From Azolla caroliniana (Eukaryota > Plantae > Polypodiophyta), in assembly GCA_043228905.1 (NCBI GenBank), contig JBHGNT010000001.1:5394001-5458000 (forward strand): 64,000 nucleotides of DNA, given 5' to 3'. Shown piece after piece: positions 50,801 to 63,995 of this stretch (position 1 is the stretch's first letter; the number at the start of each line of letters is the position of its first letter). The position numbers and the translations under genes are program-made. Under the pieces are notes generated by a model. The model was not told the DNA's origin. It saw nothing but the letters and a program-made list of their open reading frames with translations, and ran no database searches.

Positions 50801-53800
50801 GTATCCTTCTATAAATAAAACGGGAAATGATCAGTCTCCATCAAATGGTAAAGAAGAATTATCTCCTCCAGATAATTCAAGAGAGAACACCAGCTGTTAT
50901 GTTGAGATTATGAGACCAACCATAGCCTCGTCTACCCAACAAAAGGAAGATCGAAGTCATGAAACATGTTCAAGGTTGTTCTTAGATACTCTGGGAATAT
51001 TTCAATTATTCTGTACTTCCATACGGAGTGTATATGAATAACATCGCGTGTGTGTGTGTACACACATACATTGTCTATTGTTTCAATGCCACTAACTCCC
51101 ATCTTTTTTCAATGCTCTCTCTTAAAGCTTTGCCTATCTTATGGGATATCCAAAGTTTTAAATAGGATGTAAAGTTTCTTTATATAGGATGTAAAGTTTC
51201 TTTTCAATTGGTATTTTACGATAGTATATTGTTTACAATTGCAGAAATTTCACTGATCACCCCTAGGTACCTGTAGCAAATTCCCTTAATTATCTGTTGC
51301 ATTTTTGAAACTCTGAAAATGGAAGGAACTCTTTAAATGCCCTCCATTTTTCGTATCTTCAAATGTCCCTTTTTCTCCTACATCATCTTGTACATTTGAA
51401 GGGACATTTGAAGATATGAAAATGAGGTGTGATCACTCTTATACATAATCTTTTTGCTAATCATGCAGGGTATGATTTTTTTAGCCATTCATATCTGAAA
51501 ACTTTCTTGTCCTACAACTAACATGCATTTCTTCTTCTATCAAGCGTGCAAGATGTTGGATCATCAAATACAGCAAAACAAGAAACGGGGTTTGCCAACC
51601 AAGTGTCAACCTCAGCGACCCAACAACATTTTAGTCATACTAGGTTTGCAGTCTTACTATGTATCCAACTCTTCAAGTGAGAAAAAAAATGATATTATAT
51701 ATTTGACTTATAGGCTCCTAAATATATGTTGTTATGCTGTTTAAATTTAGCTTTTCCATGACTTTGGTGAACATCAAATATTTTCCCTGAGTAATGTTTT
51801 CTTATTTGATGTTTCTTTATGCTTTATTATGGTTTTATGCAATATTATATTTGAAACCGTATCATTGTTACTTTGCAAGGAACATCCTGTTGTCAGCATG
51901 AACAATTACATTGAATATTTATTTTGAAGTGTCAGATGTTACTATTGTATACGATGCTTCTCTGTGGTCATTGCATTGTTGGGATCCCATACTGCATAAT
52001 GTACCTGATACTATATGTTCTGCTGCCCACTTCTGGTAGCTTTAGTATGGTGCTGTTTTCTTTTCTCATAAGATGTAACATAACATGATGTAGGAACGAT
52101 TTGTTTAGGATATCACATAATATTAATTCTTCTATAGAGTCATTAATTTAGTATGATTTTATTTCTTTCTTTCCAAAAGGAATCACAAATTTCAGTACAT
52201 ACACTTAACTACACCAGTCGATTTACACATATATAGGGCAGTACGCAGCTGAGCGATCCTCAAAATTAGTTGAATTTTTCTCATGGAATCTTTTGATGAC
52301 TAATAGCACATAACATTATGAATGAATGATTTGTTTAAGATATAACATGACATTAATGCCTCTATTGAGGCATTACTATAGTATTTTTTATTTCTTCCCC
52401 TCCCAAGGAATCACATACCTTAGTACATACTCTGAATGTGCAGCAGTCTGATTTACACATATATAGGACAATATGCACCTCAGCAACTCTCAAAAGTATA
52501 TAGATATTGTCTTATGGAAGAATCTTTATAACTAACGCTATCAATTTTAATTTTTAGATGATGTAAATTGCAGCAGACTTATTTTAGGGACACCAGGTAC
52601 ATCAGGAAGATGATTTTAGATATAATTAAGACCTATAACTCTGTCAAAGTATATTAATCAGTGTGTTTAGGACATAAAAAAAGTACATTAATCAGTGAAA
52701 AGGTTAATGTGAACATAGCTTTTTAAATTCTAAGTTATTGCTTTTGTTTTATACAGTGGGCATGCTGCTTGGCCCACAGTACTAGCATATGATGCATGTG
52801 TCCGCCTTTGCCTCCGAGCATGGGCAAGAGGATGTGTGGAGGCACCTGAGTTCCTACTTGATGAATGCTCATTGCTACGCAGCTCCTTTGGGTGAACTAC
52901 TTCAATTGAATCCAATAAAGTTTTTTGAACTGCACATTTTAATTGCATCAAATGTTTCGAAAATTTTGTTTGCAGTGCTCTCTTCACATGTCTTAAATTT
53001 TTCTTTGAACTATTCATTTCACTTGCATCGAAGTATTTAATTAGACTGCTGTTTGACTAATGCCAAAATTCTTCTGCGTCCAGTTTGAAAACTATTCTCC
53101 TCCAACCAAAGGACTGCTCACAGAATGCTGTGATTGCTGAGGAGCCAGAATCTATGTCTGCACCTATGCAAAATAAGGAAGCCGGAAAGTTAAGAGTTCA
53201 AGGTTTGCTGGCATGTCTTCACCTCTTGATTTTCTACTAAGTTTTAGAAGCATTATGGTTCATGAAAGAAGAATAGCAAATATTTAATTTAATATCACAA
53301 AACAAAAAATTGTCATATAAAAGCAAACGATGAGTGGAAATATGAAGACCTTAATAGCATTGTTTGGTTAATGCTCTCAAAATCCTTAATACTTGTTAAA
53401 ATCTAAGACTCTAAGTGAATTAACTTAATTCAAACCGAGTCTATGTACTATGAATTGTACTTGGGAGGGATTTTGGACAGGTAATATACAGCCTTGTGTT
53501 CTAAAAAAAGTACAACTGTGGGTTTAGATTCTTATTACTGATTCATATCTTTTTGACAGTACGGAAGGTAAAGCCAACATTAAGGCTTCCCAGGAGGTGC
53601 AACTTTCCATCTCTTGATAGGACATGTCCGGGTCTAGATATTAGATCGGATCTATTGGCAGGATGGGAAAGTTTGAAAAAACTATGTGCATTGCCTCGTC
53701 AGATTTCTTTTCGAAATGCTTCTGATAGAGAAGGGAATGCTAATGGATATATGCAAGCTGGTGCTCATTACATGCGCCAGGTTTCAGGACTGTTGAAAGC

Positions 53801-56800
53801 TAGTGTGAACTCTTTGCGAAGTACATCTCTTATGGATGCTCCAGAAGGTAATTACTGCATTTCGAAGATATTCCACCCAGCTGGGTGGTAATTACTGCAT
53901 TTAGAAGATATTCCACCTGTTGCAATATTCATTGATGAAACATTCAAATTACCTATTGCAAGAAGAGATTCCATGATATAATCAATCATCAATGAAATTG
54001 GAGATTCAACCTACAGTTTTTAATTACATGGTTTGAGAATAAATTCCACCTTAAGAGAATCCAGCTGGTATTTAGCTTCATTGTCGACAAATTTAAAGAT
54101 TGATGTCCGTAGTAGATATCAAACCTTGTATATAATTATTGATGAAAATTGTAAATTTTCTACACATTTCTATGTTTTAAAGGGATTCAACTTCATAGAA
54201 AATTATCATTGACCAGAAATTTTAATTGCGTAAGAAATGTACATGCAGAGACTTATAGTTGTCATTTAAAAATTGAAGAGTATGCCAGCAGAAGAGGTTA
54301 TTACTCTGCATCCAGGATCAGGAGTGTCACACATTTTGTAAGTTACATATGTCTTCACTTTGATGAAGTAGGGTTTCATTACTGTATATTTACTGACACT
54401 GCCATGTATTGTGCAGTCACCCAGAAAGCCTTAAAGATGATCTTGTGGTTGAAGTTCAAGATTCTAAGGGCAGTTTTGAAGGAAAAACCCTTGTGCAGCT
54501 TGTTTCACTAAGTGATGATCAGGTTTGTGTTTGGTTGAAATTATTCTAGAATCCTTGCACACCCAGTAAGTTCTTAAAAGAAGCATTTTAAATTTCGTTT
54601 GTTGCTACAGATCTATAAGAATTCTCGAATTCCTGTACACTCTCTTTAGAGAATTCTGAAATATGCAATTTAAAATTTTTGGATCCCCTGGTTTCTCATT
54701 ATTCTAGCATTGTTCCACTCATGAAGAAATTCTGCAATTGTTTTTGTTGTACAGAATGAACGCGTCCGTTGGTGGTCTTTGTATGGAGAACGAGGTCAAG
54801 AATGTGTTGGCAAGGTTCAGTTGTTCATTAGCTTTATACCCGATTCAAATGTTTCATCTGCAAATAAGGTGAGTTCCATTTGGTTAGGTCTTGCATTTTG
54901 TTACTCTTCTGCTTTTAATGGACTCACGAAGCATGTTTGAACTTACATTCGCACTTTCAGCTGGGTGTTGTTACCGAGATGCTTGCCTATGACATTGTAT
55001 TGGAAACTGCAATGCGAATGCAACAATTTGGCCCAAGAAATTTGAGACTGCATGGTACATGGAAATGGCTATTGTTTGAGTTTGCAGTGTATTATGGAGT
55101 TTCTGATGCCTATACAAACTTGAGGTCAGTTTTGCACTTCAGAATGTCACTGTTCAATAGGATTGTTGATGGATATGTATTGATCTTTGAGTCTTGCTCA
55201 GATATCTTTCTTGCATTATGGAGGTTGCTACTCCAACAGAGGATTGCCTTCTTCTGATTCATGAGCTATTCTATCCAGTAATTAGTAGGCAACAGGAAAT
55301 AACTCTTAGTCGTCAGGAGGTCTGATACTGATAATCCATTCATTACGTTTTCTCTCCAGTGGAAGTCTAGTTTCTTATTCTTGTAATTTGTTTCTAAACT
55401 TGATGCAGAAAAGGATAATGCACGATGTTCAAGATCAAGTGGAGCAACTTCTTGCTTTGGTTTTTGAAAATTACAAGTCTCTAGATGAGACATCATCATC
55501 TGGTATTGCTCAACATTTAACTTCAATTGCAGAAGAAGCATCCCCAGCATTAGCTCCAGCTGTGAAGCTATATACTCTTCTGCATGATGTGCTTTCATCG
55601 GAGACACAAAGAGCACTTCGTCGCTATTTCCAGGTATTCGGCATACAGACAGATTATATTTTGGTAATCCAATTGCCCCAATCCCCGCAAAGATAGAGAA
55701 GAGGCTGAATTAATCAAATGACACATAATTTCTCAAAATCGGTTTAATCAGGTGTATTTATGGAAATAGCGAAATTAAAAGAGACTCTGGGTGTATATCA
55801 CAGCAGGGTGGTTAAAGTATTTTTATGTTTAAACATGGATGACTTTGCAGACAGGTGCAATGAGGAGGTGCAAGAGACATATGTCAGATACAGATGAATT
55901 TATTTGCAGCAATAATGAAGGTTTTTTGGCCGATCCATTGACTACTTCAGGAAGTTACAGTAAGATGGTGACCCTATGCAATAACCTTAGTCATGAGATT
56001 GAGACAGACATCAAAATACATGGTCAACATGTTTTACCCAGGTGAAAAATATCTCAAGTTTTTCTATTTTCCTTTGTGTTGACAAATTCTGATGCATGCG
56101 TGGTCTATGACAGTTGTATAGATTTACCCAGCATAGCAACAAGTGTATATAGCGTTGAGCTTTCTAAAAGGCTGAAATCTTTTCTAGTTGCTTGCCCTCC
56201 AAGTGGACCAAGTACACCGGTAATAGATCTTTTGATAGCAACTGCAGAATTCGAAACAAAGCTATCTTTCTGGAACATCAGGTTTGTATTGTTCAACTGA
56301 TAATGTTTTGATGAGATATCTCATGCTATCATGATTGTAGAGATGTTAATCTAATGCCATCATGCAGGTCAATGGAAGGGGGAGTGGATGCCAAAGACTT
56401 GTTTCACTTATACATAGTTGTATGGCTTGAAGATAAACGACTCAACCTCCTGGATATGTGTAAACCTGAGAAATTACGGTGGACAGGAATCCCAACTCCT
56501 CATGGAACATCTCCCTTTGTTGAAGAGATGTATGAACGTATAAGAGAGACACTCAATGAGTATCATACACTACTTGATCGTTGGCCAGAGTATGCTATAC
56601 CCTTGGAAAGAGTAAGCCAATGTTTTATTTATATGTGCTGTTTGCCTACAGTTATCATGTTCATTTGAGATGTCTTGATGTTGAATGAACAAAATAGGCC
56701 ATCGCTGATGTGGAAACAGCTATTGTGGTGGCACTAGAGAAGCAATTTGCTGATGTTCTTATCCCACTGAAAGATGTTATGATACCCAAAAAGTTCAGTA

Positions 56801-58140
56801 TTCAATATGTGCAGAAACTGACTAGAAGACGTCCCCTGTCTGTCTACAGTGTACCAAACCAGGTATATTTGCACTGTTCAACTTTTGGACAACACTTTCG
56901 AAGTTTGTTTATTCATAACATTTTTTGGGCAATGCAATGCATCAGCTAGGTATATTTCTCAACACAATTAAGCGTTTGTTAGACATTCTGCGACCAAAAA
57001 TTGAAAATCAAATGAAAGCTTGGGTGGCATGCCTCCCAATGCCAGCAGAATTAAGCTTTGGAGAGAGACTGAATGAAGTGACAGTGTTACTGAGAGCAAA
57101 GTATAAGAATTTCTTGCAAGCTATCATTGAGAAGTTATTTGATAATGTAAGAGATTTATTTTCTCTTCTGTCTAGTTTTATTTTCATTTTTGTTTGAGGT
57201 TACACAGCCCACTACGTTGGACTCTAGGAAGTATTAAACGTTCTTATATTCTTGCACACTTCCCACTTTCTAAACTATTTCTTTGTGCAGAGTTGCCTGC
57301 AAAGAGCAACAAGGCTGAAAAAGATACTACAGGATACTAGGGATGCTGATGGTGAGACTGAAATTCGGGAACGGATGCAGCTCTTGAGCTCTCAGTTAAC
57401 TGATACTATCAGCCATCTTCACGATGTATTCTCCACAAGAGTCTTTGTGGCTGTATGCAGAGGCTATTGGGATCGAATGGGTCAGGTGTGTCATTGTTTA
57501 GTTTTTGGGATCTGGGTTTTCCAAACATTTGAGTAATCCTCTGCAGTCCAAACTTAATGGTAATCTTCAGAATTTCTGGTAGACTACCCATACAATTGTG
57601 TGCATTTTGGTGGTTTTCCCAATTTTAATTTCCTCATCTCTAGATGAGTTGGTAATATTTTGTAGATTTATTACAGGATATACTGCACTTCCTTGAGACC
57701 AAAGAGAACAACAGGTCATGGTATAAGGGGCCAGGACATGCCCCCTCGGTAAGCGACATATCAAAACCCTCATACCTAGAAACCAAAGAAAACAGATCAT
57801 CATATAAGGGGCCAGGGTATGCTCTCTCGGTAAGCCACATTATCACAAATTTGGTTGGTACCTGTATATATCACAAATTTATGTATCCATATATCTAAAC
57901 ATGTAGCTGTACCTGTATATATGTATGTATAAATGTGAATAAAGTCTAATGACCCAGGCCCTAAACACTGTCAATGTACAGATTCTGGATGATGTGTTTG
58001 CATCACAGATGCAGAAGTTACAAGGGCATTCCTTGCAGGAGAAGGACCTGGAAGCACCACGTTCAGTCATGGATGCACGCTCCATGCTCTCTAAAGATGG
58101 GCACGTTGATCCTCATGATACTAATTATTTCAATTTTTGA
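47898..58140 (+). CDS. Conserved plant protein of the AT4G24610 ('pesticidal crystal cry8Ba protein'-annotated) family; C2-like plus Munc13/PATROL1-like helical C-terminus (inferred). 21 exons: 47898-47945, 48889-49563, 50733-50974, 51545-51643, 52757-52891, 53084-53202, 53560-53847, 54249-54337, 54417-54522, 54755-54868, 54961-55124, 55202-55319, 55409-55633, 55851-56041, 56114-56281, 56368-56611, 56698-56862, 56946-57146, 57291-57485, 57677-57748 (or 57829), 57982-58140
   Basis: Family hallmarks recalled from memory: MFTEGL..A..WV, SGRYSLDS, PSAPP, AYDACVRLCLRAWARGC.EAPEFL, AYDIVLE.AM..Q.F..RNL.L.G.WKWLL.EFA.YYGVSDAYT, VFENYKSLDE, GGVDAKDLFHLYI, CRGYWDRMGQ, ILDDVFASQMQ. All exon phases agree except exon 8 (+1 nt). 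Confidence 0.9.
49873..50277. mobile_element. Non-autonomous hAT element/MITE (405 bp) in intron 2
   Basis: Perfect 8-bp TSD GTTACCTC (49865-49872, 50278-50285). TIRs TAACAATCGGCAAC vs TAGCAATCAGCAAT (rc), 11/14. AACCG subterminal repeats and AT-rich core. Confidence 0.92.
51341..51427. repeat. Intronic inverted repeat (about 29-bp stem, 27-nt loop)
   Basis: CCTCCATTTTTCGTATCTTCAAATGTCCCTT pairs with AAGGGACATTTGAAGATATGAAAATGAGG. Confidence 0.85.
52076..52540. repeat. Diverged ~230-bp tandem duplication in intron 4
   Basis: Shared blocks GATTTGTTTA.GATAT, AAGGAATCACA, AGTACATAC, GATTTACACATATATAGG in both halves. Confidence 0.75.
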
Positions 58141-58479
58141 ATGTCAAATTGACTAGCATATACGTATATATTCATCTACTTGCAACATTTATTATTCTTC
58201 CCTACAAATAAATTAATAACACAGTCTATATAATAGAGGGAGGGTAAGAGATCCCTTCCATATTTACAATTCTTCTCCCCGAACATATTGTACTCTTGTA
58301 CTAATGTACCATTTAAGCTCAAGAAGGGGTTTAAGCAAAGCATTTCCAAAACAAAAAAAGACTTCAAAAAGTGAGTAAATTCTCACTGATTTATTTTTCT
58401 TTCTTGTTTCTGTATAATACCAGGTCAAGAGAGTTCCTATATAATGTCTATATGCATCCACAATACTCACTGTAGGTAT

Positions 58480-59005
58480 ATATGCATCCAAAATTCTCAC
58501 TGTATGATGTAATTGATAAACCCAGGAGTATGTGAACTTTGCTTTTATCATTTCTAGATTCGATTGAGAGCTAAAGCGCACCAAAGCATATGGAAAGGCT
58601 TTAAAAGAACTTTGTAAATCTTCTATGAATTAAATATAAGTTTCTTTTGTTCTTGCTTATTATTTGAAGTAAATGAAATTGTGTTGATATTTGTGGTGGT
58701 ACCAAAAGTAAAAATAAAACTAAGTATGCATCCAAAAATCGATGAACCCAGTAGTATGTGAACTTTGCTTTTATCATTTCTAGACTCGATTGAGAGCTAA
58801 AGCGCACCAAAGCATATGGAAAGGTTTTAAAAGAACTGTGTAAATCTTCTATGAATTAAATGTAAGTTTCTTTTGTTTGAAGTAAATCTTGCTTATTATT
58901 TGAAGTAAATGACATTTGTTGTGTTGATATTTGTGGTGGTATAAAAAATGATATTTATTTTTTCTAGATTTGATTGAGAGCATATGCGTATTGAAGCATT
59001 TGGGA
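58480..59005. repeat. ~226-bp tandem duplication plus partial third copy between the convergent genes
   Basis: GAT.AACCCAG.AGTATGTGAACTTTGC at 58515 and 58741; partial TTTCTAGATT.GATTGAGAGC near 58960. Confidence 0.9.
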
Positions 59006-59194
59006 ACTGTAAATATTATGTCAATAGGCTGGTATGTTCTTTTAAAGGATTTAAAGGGACACAGTATCGTTCCATGGCCCCTAAACCCTATAACAAAAAC
59101 CCAACGTGATGCAACTTTAAACCTATCCCATTGAACCTTTGGGGTTTAAACTTCAATCATTTCTAATTAAATCATGTTTTCAACAGTTTTGAAA

Positions 59195-59540
59195 TTTCGA
59201 CAAAGTTAATGTTAGCTACATACATGTAATTTAGAAAACTCTTTTCATCAAATCTTCGTTGATCATCATACAGTAGTCTTTGTAAAAGTCAATCAAATGC
59301 CCCACTCATTCCTGATCTGTTTCGACAGAGTTAATGTTATCTACATGCAATGTAATTTAGAAAACACTTTTCATCAAATCTTCGTTGATCATCATACAGT
59401 AGACTTTGTAAAAGTCATCATTCCTGATCTGAAACGGGCCAAAACAAAATAACATTCCTGATCTGAAAATGCAAAAATATACTGTTTCTGATCTAAAATG
59501 CAGAAGAAATGTACAATGTTTCTGACCTAAGAATGTGACA
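59195..59540. repeat. ~125-bp tandem duplication followed by ~33-bp degenerate repeats (TTCCTGATCTGAAA)
   Basis: TTTCGACA.AGTTAATGTTA at 59195 and 59320; short units near 59419, 59453, 59484 and 59517. Confidence 0.85.
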
Positions 59541-59763
59541 AAAAAGAGCATGATGATCTTTGTTAATGAGACGAGAATGGGTATTTGCCAGATTCACCCG
59601 ATTTTTCTTCACCCAGCCAGAATGATAAGGAAATTCAGGAATTTTCCTTCCAAAAAAATCTTTCCATTCCGGATAGTGATAGATAAATTGCCTCAAATGT
59701 AAATTTCTCAAACAGATAGATACTAGATCTCAGTCAAAAATCTGAGTTTATGCCCTACAAATA

Positions 59764-62700
59764 TCACTTCCATTTTTCTTTGAGTTCTTTTCTTTCTGAC
59801 ACAACCCACGTCGCTACAATAGCAACCACCAAGGCAAGAATGGTGATCAGAAGTAGAGCATAACTGAATTCATCAGTGAGGGAATCATAGATCTTGGACG
59901 GTGCTGTGTGGGTATAAAAAAGATCTACACCATATGCAAAGACTAAACTTGTTGATTCTAGATTTGCAGGTATAGCTATGATGCCTCTTAGTCCTTCAAC
60001 TTGGTAAGAATGACTTAAATAAGACTGCAATAAAAATAGAAGTCAATATTTGCATACATGATCAGAATTGACTATGGAAACTGTAATTTGCCATTACATT
60101 ACCTGTGGATGAAGAGGTATTGTATCAGTTAAGGGTACAATGCCCTCTTCTCTCTCTGCTGGAGTTGGATTCAAACTCCTCCGAGGATCAAAGAATCGTT
60201 TATCCAGTGCAAGAACCTAAATTACTCCAAAGACAAAAGCTTTTTTTGCATAATTTCCTTGAATTTAATAATGACAAAAACCAAAAGCAAATAAGAGGTA
60301 GTTTTACACAACCTGATCTTTGACAGTTCCAACCAACACTTGTTTCCCAGTGATGCCACGTGCGGTTGTTGTTGCAGCAAGTGCTTTCACAGAATATGGA
60401 AAGAAAGAGCTAAAAGTTTTCACTTCTAAATCAAAATTGGAATATGAAGATACCGGGGCACTTCCATTATGCCGACCCAGCATGACTTGTAATACATTCT
60501 TATTATCCTGAAAATAATGTTATCAATTAAGTGAAAAACAGAAGCTTTCAAGTATGAGTAGAACTATCATCAAAGCAAGTATTGAAACCGAGAACCTATA
60601 CCCACTACAAAACTTAATGCATCTATCCTCCATAACATTCCTTGACCATGCATGGCCTATAAAGTATTAAATCCAAGCATTTTCAAACAATATTAGAAAT
60701 ACGAAGCTTACAATTCGGTTCTTGTCATACATCTCTAGGACAGAGAATTCAAACCGGTGTGCTCGAACATTAAAATAATGGTATACCACCCAATTTTCAT
60801 TGAAAACCTGCATCAGAGATACTCTCAGCAAAGAATTACAGATGTGCATATTGAAGTTACTAGCATAAAGTATAATCCAAATTAAAGAATTACCGCATGT
60901 ACAGGACCATGCATATTTGGATGTTTTAGTCGGTATAGAATATGCCCAGTTACTGTGTCAATGATGTAAACAACTAGCCAACTCTCGTCTGGAGATAACT
61001 CGCCAATTTTTCCAAAGCCTTTTGGTGCAACTGTTGCAACAAATAATGTGTTCTTGTTGAGGTATTTGTACATCACATCCTGATTGTTCGAGACCTTTGC
61101 TTGAGTATGCACCACCTGCCCAAAAAACCAGCAAAAATATGTGTGGTTATAGTCCTGAATAATACATTCTTATTTCTGTAGGATACCTGATTGGTAAACC
61201 GTAGATCCCCTTTATGCTAGTTTACAAAAAATCAGCATTTAGTTTATTGCCTAAACATTAATGGATCATAAATTGCATACAAATTACATTCTTAATAACC
61301 ATATTTAGAAAGATGAAATACTTCTTTTTTCTACCAAGGTGACGTCGTAACATATATCCAACTAAAAAGATTTAACCCTAAAACAAAGAACTTAGTTTTC
61401 AGGTTGGACTCTGTGATTACCTCATCTGGTCTTCGGGTTGCTGTAGTAATAATCTTTTCAGAATCACTAGGGAAGACAACAGTCCATATCTTTTGAGATT
61501 GAAAGAGGAAACCATCATTAGGGCTTATTGGTGATACTGACTCAACACCTCTCACAGCATACCCTGTGATACTCCCTTGTTCATTGTCAACCATATAAAA
61601 GTATGTATTAGATGCATGATTAAGGAAAATTTGCAAACTTTCATGTGTTGAAGGAAAAAGATGAACATTTGCATGTTCGTCTACTATAAGATGCAGTCGT
61701 TGTTCTGAGGAATCTGTGAATGGCAATGGAATCAACTGTTCAATACGATAAGTGAGCTTCACTGATCTCAATTCTGCACCACTGGAGGCATCCACCCATG
61801 ATAGCATCCCTACAATCTCATCATCCCCTGTAGACTCTGCCACGACAAGGAAGACTGGATTTTCATCTAAAGCATGCTTGTGAGGAACTTGCCAAGCCAA
61901 AAGCTTCAAAACTTTCACCCTTCCAACCATAGTTTGAAACGCAGGAATCAGCAAGGACCAAACTATCCTTCCATCACCAGTGTGAAGGGCATAGACCTTT
62001 CCTGCCTTGGTCACCACAATCAAAAGTTTTCTGAACCCATTATGGTCCCTTGACATCTTTGTTTTGTCACCGCTTTTCAATCGCAATGCTTGGACGGCTG
62101 TGATTTCTTCGGGGTTTGCAAGCATCAGGGTTGCCTTCAGCTTCAGCCAGTGATCCTTCAGCCATTCAACAAGGCTATGCTCAACTTTTGCCACTGAAAC
62201 ACCCTCTTTCTCCAGAGGGAGCTCAGCCGTTGAAGCCTCTAGAATACAAGCCAATCCATCCTCCCTATCCCATACTACTTCTCCTTGTTGAAGCAAAGTC
62301 AAAGAGCTGTCCATTGTCACTAGTAACACTCGAAAACCATGAGACTTATCATTTCGAATGTAATCATTTAAGTAAGCTCTCTGAACAACACCTTTTTGAG
62401 GAGCAAGTCCAATAAACTCGGTAGAAATCTTATTCTCTCCATCTTGATGCAGAATAATATGTACTGCAATTTTATTCACAGCGATTTGTTGCACCACAGA
62501 AAATGCACTCTTTATGTCTGGTAGCTCAAGACCATTAGTGATCACAGTAGAACCTTCAAATGTTTTGATAACTTCCAAATTATCATGTGGAAGGCCTGAT
62601 TTCACTAGCACAAATTGATTGCTAAACTGAAGAGCAAAGATAGCATCAATAGTTTCTGCAAGTAGCTGCGGCTTTCCAATACCCTCTGGTATGAGTTGCT

Positions 62701-63995
62701 TAATATTGATCACATGGACTACTGATTGATCAATTGACACAATTACTAGGTTTTCTCCTGGAGCATCCAAGGCTACAGCTGAATTTCCATTGATTATGAG
62801 CTCACCAGTGGAAAGTTCTCCCTCATACTTGAATATTTTTCTTACCTTATTGTGACCAGTACTCACATCTATCTCCCATATAGCAATCTCTGATGAGCCC
62901 AAAAATCCAATTCCATAAAGATTTTCCTCATCACCAGAGTAAATGATCTTTTTCAATTTTATTTCCCTGTCATCACTGTCACATCAAAACATACAAATGG
63001 AAAATCATGATCAAATTCATTTCCCAGTCATCATTACCACTGTGGCATGTCATCAATCAAATACCTAAATCTGCAAACAATACCTGGATTTTGAGAGCTT
63101 GGCTGTCCACAGAAGTTCCCCATCTATGCTTGAAATACCATGTAGAACTGCATCCCCTACAACCAAGAGAAGCTTCCCTCGGGTAGGTAGTTGAACCTGA
63201 GATTAAGTTCAAAACTTTTGTATCGTGAACGAACACAAACTTATGGAAACCAAATTCCCATATTGCAGATGATTAAAAGTAGTATGCATTGCATTTAAAA
63301 ATGGATTCATGAGCAATGATTTGAAGATCAATGATATCTTCATAGACAAGGATGGTAATGAGCAGATTCAGATCTGTATACCAGATCTTCATATGCGCAC
63401 ATTTATTTTACACACTTTGCAAACAAATTCCACTAAACATATAGATTATCTTATGCTGAAATATCATTAAAGCAATCAATGTGAAATCTCAGGTCTGCTT
63501 TTATAGTATTATGACACTAGTGCTTTTCTTCTTGTAAGGGAATCAGGCTAATAGTCATGAAATATGTTTCAAGTATGATTTCTGACCTCAGATTAGAGGA
63601 CCTGAAATATATATTTTGTGCCAATCAAATTATTCCTTCAACATACGCTAAAATGGTGAGAAGTTTAATCAACATATTTTGATCGTCAAAATAATATCAG
63701 CACAGTAGCAAATGGACTGAGCACTTGCTATTACCGATGACACATGAAGTACTGGCTGTATTCCCGGAGATTGTAAGAATGTCTCCCACATCAAATGGCC
63801 ATCTGGGAGATTCCATGCTCTAATTATACTTCCCTTCTTGGATAATGTTACCACATCTGCAGAATAAATGAAATGGTCAAAAAATTAGCCACCACCATTA
63901 ATTTTTTAGCAGTATTAAACAAATTGCCTTACATTTTCCAAGAACTATCTCCAAGCCATCAATTGGATCTGAATCCCCCAGCACATGTTTCCAAA
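59764..63995 (-). CDS. EMC1: ER membrane protein complex subunit 1, 5'-partial; exons 63995-63933, 63856-63735, 63196-63084, 62966-61421, 61115-60894, 60807-60712, 60507-60313, 60216-60103, 60024-59764
   Basis: PQQ-like beta-propeller (WKHVLG, IRAWNLPDGHLMWE), WDREDGLA, RDHNGFRKLLIVVTKAGKVYALHTGDG, DVMYKYLNKN, FNENWVVYHYFN, TTARGITGKQVL, DKRFFDPRR, LESTSLVFAYGVDLF...PSKIYDSL, C-terminal TM ending KEKWK*. Confidence 0.97.

Noticed and set aside
52076-52540. Intronic duplicated units as a snoRNA pair
   Set aside because: No convincing paired C/D boxes with terminal stems or H/ACA architecture could be identified by eye.
53848-54272. Rescue of the exon-8 frameshift by combining the distal donor (+40) with the next AG acceptor (-2)
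   Set aside because: The net length is in frame, but the junction creates TG|A, a stop codon.
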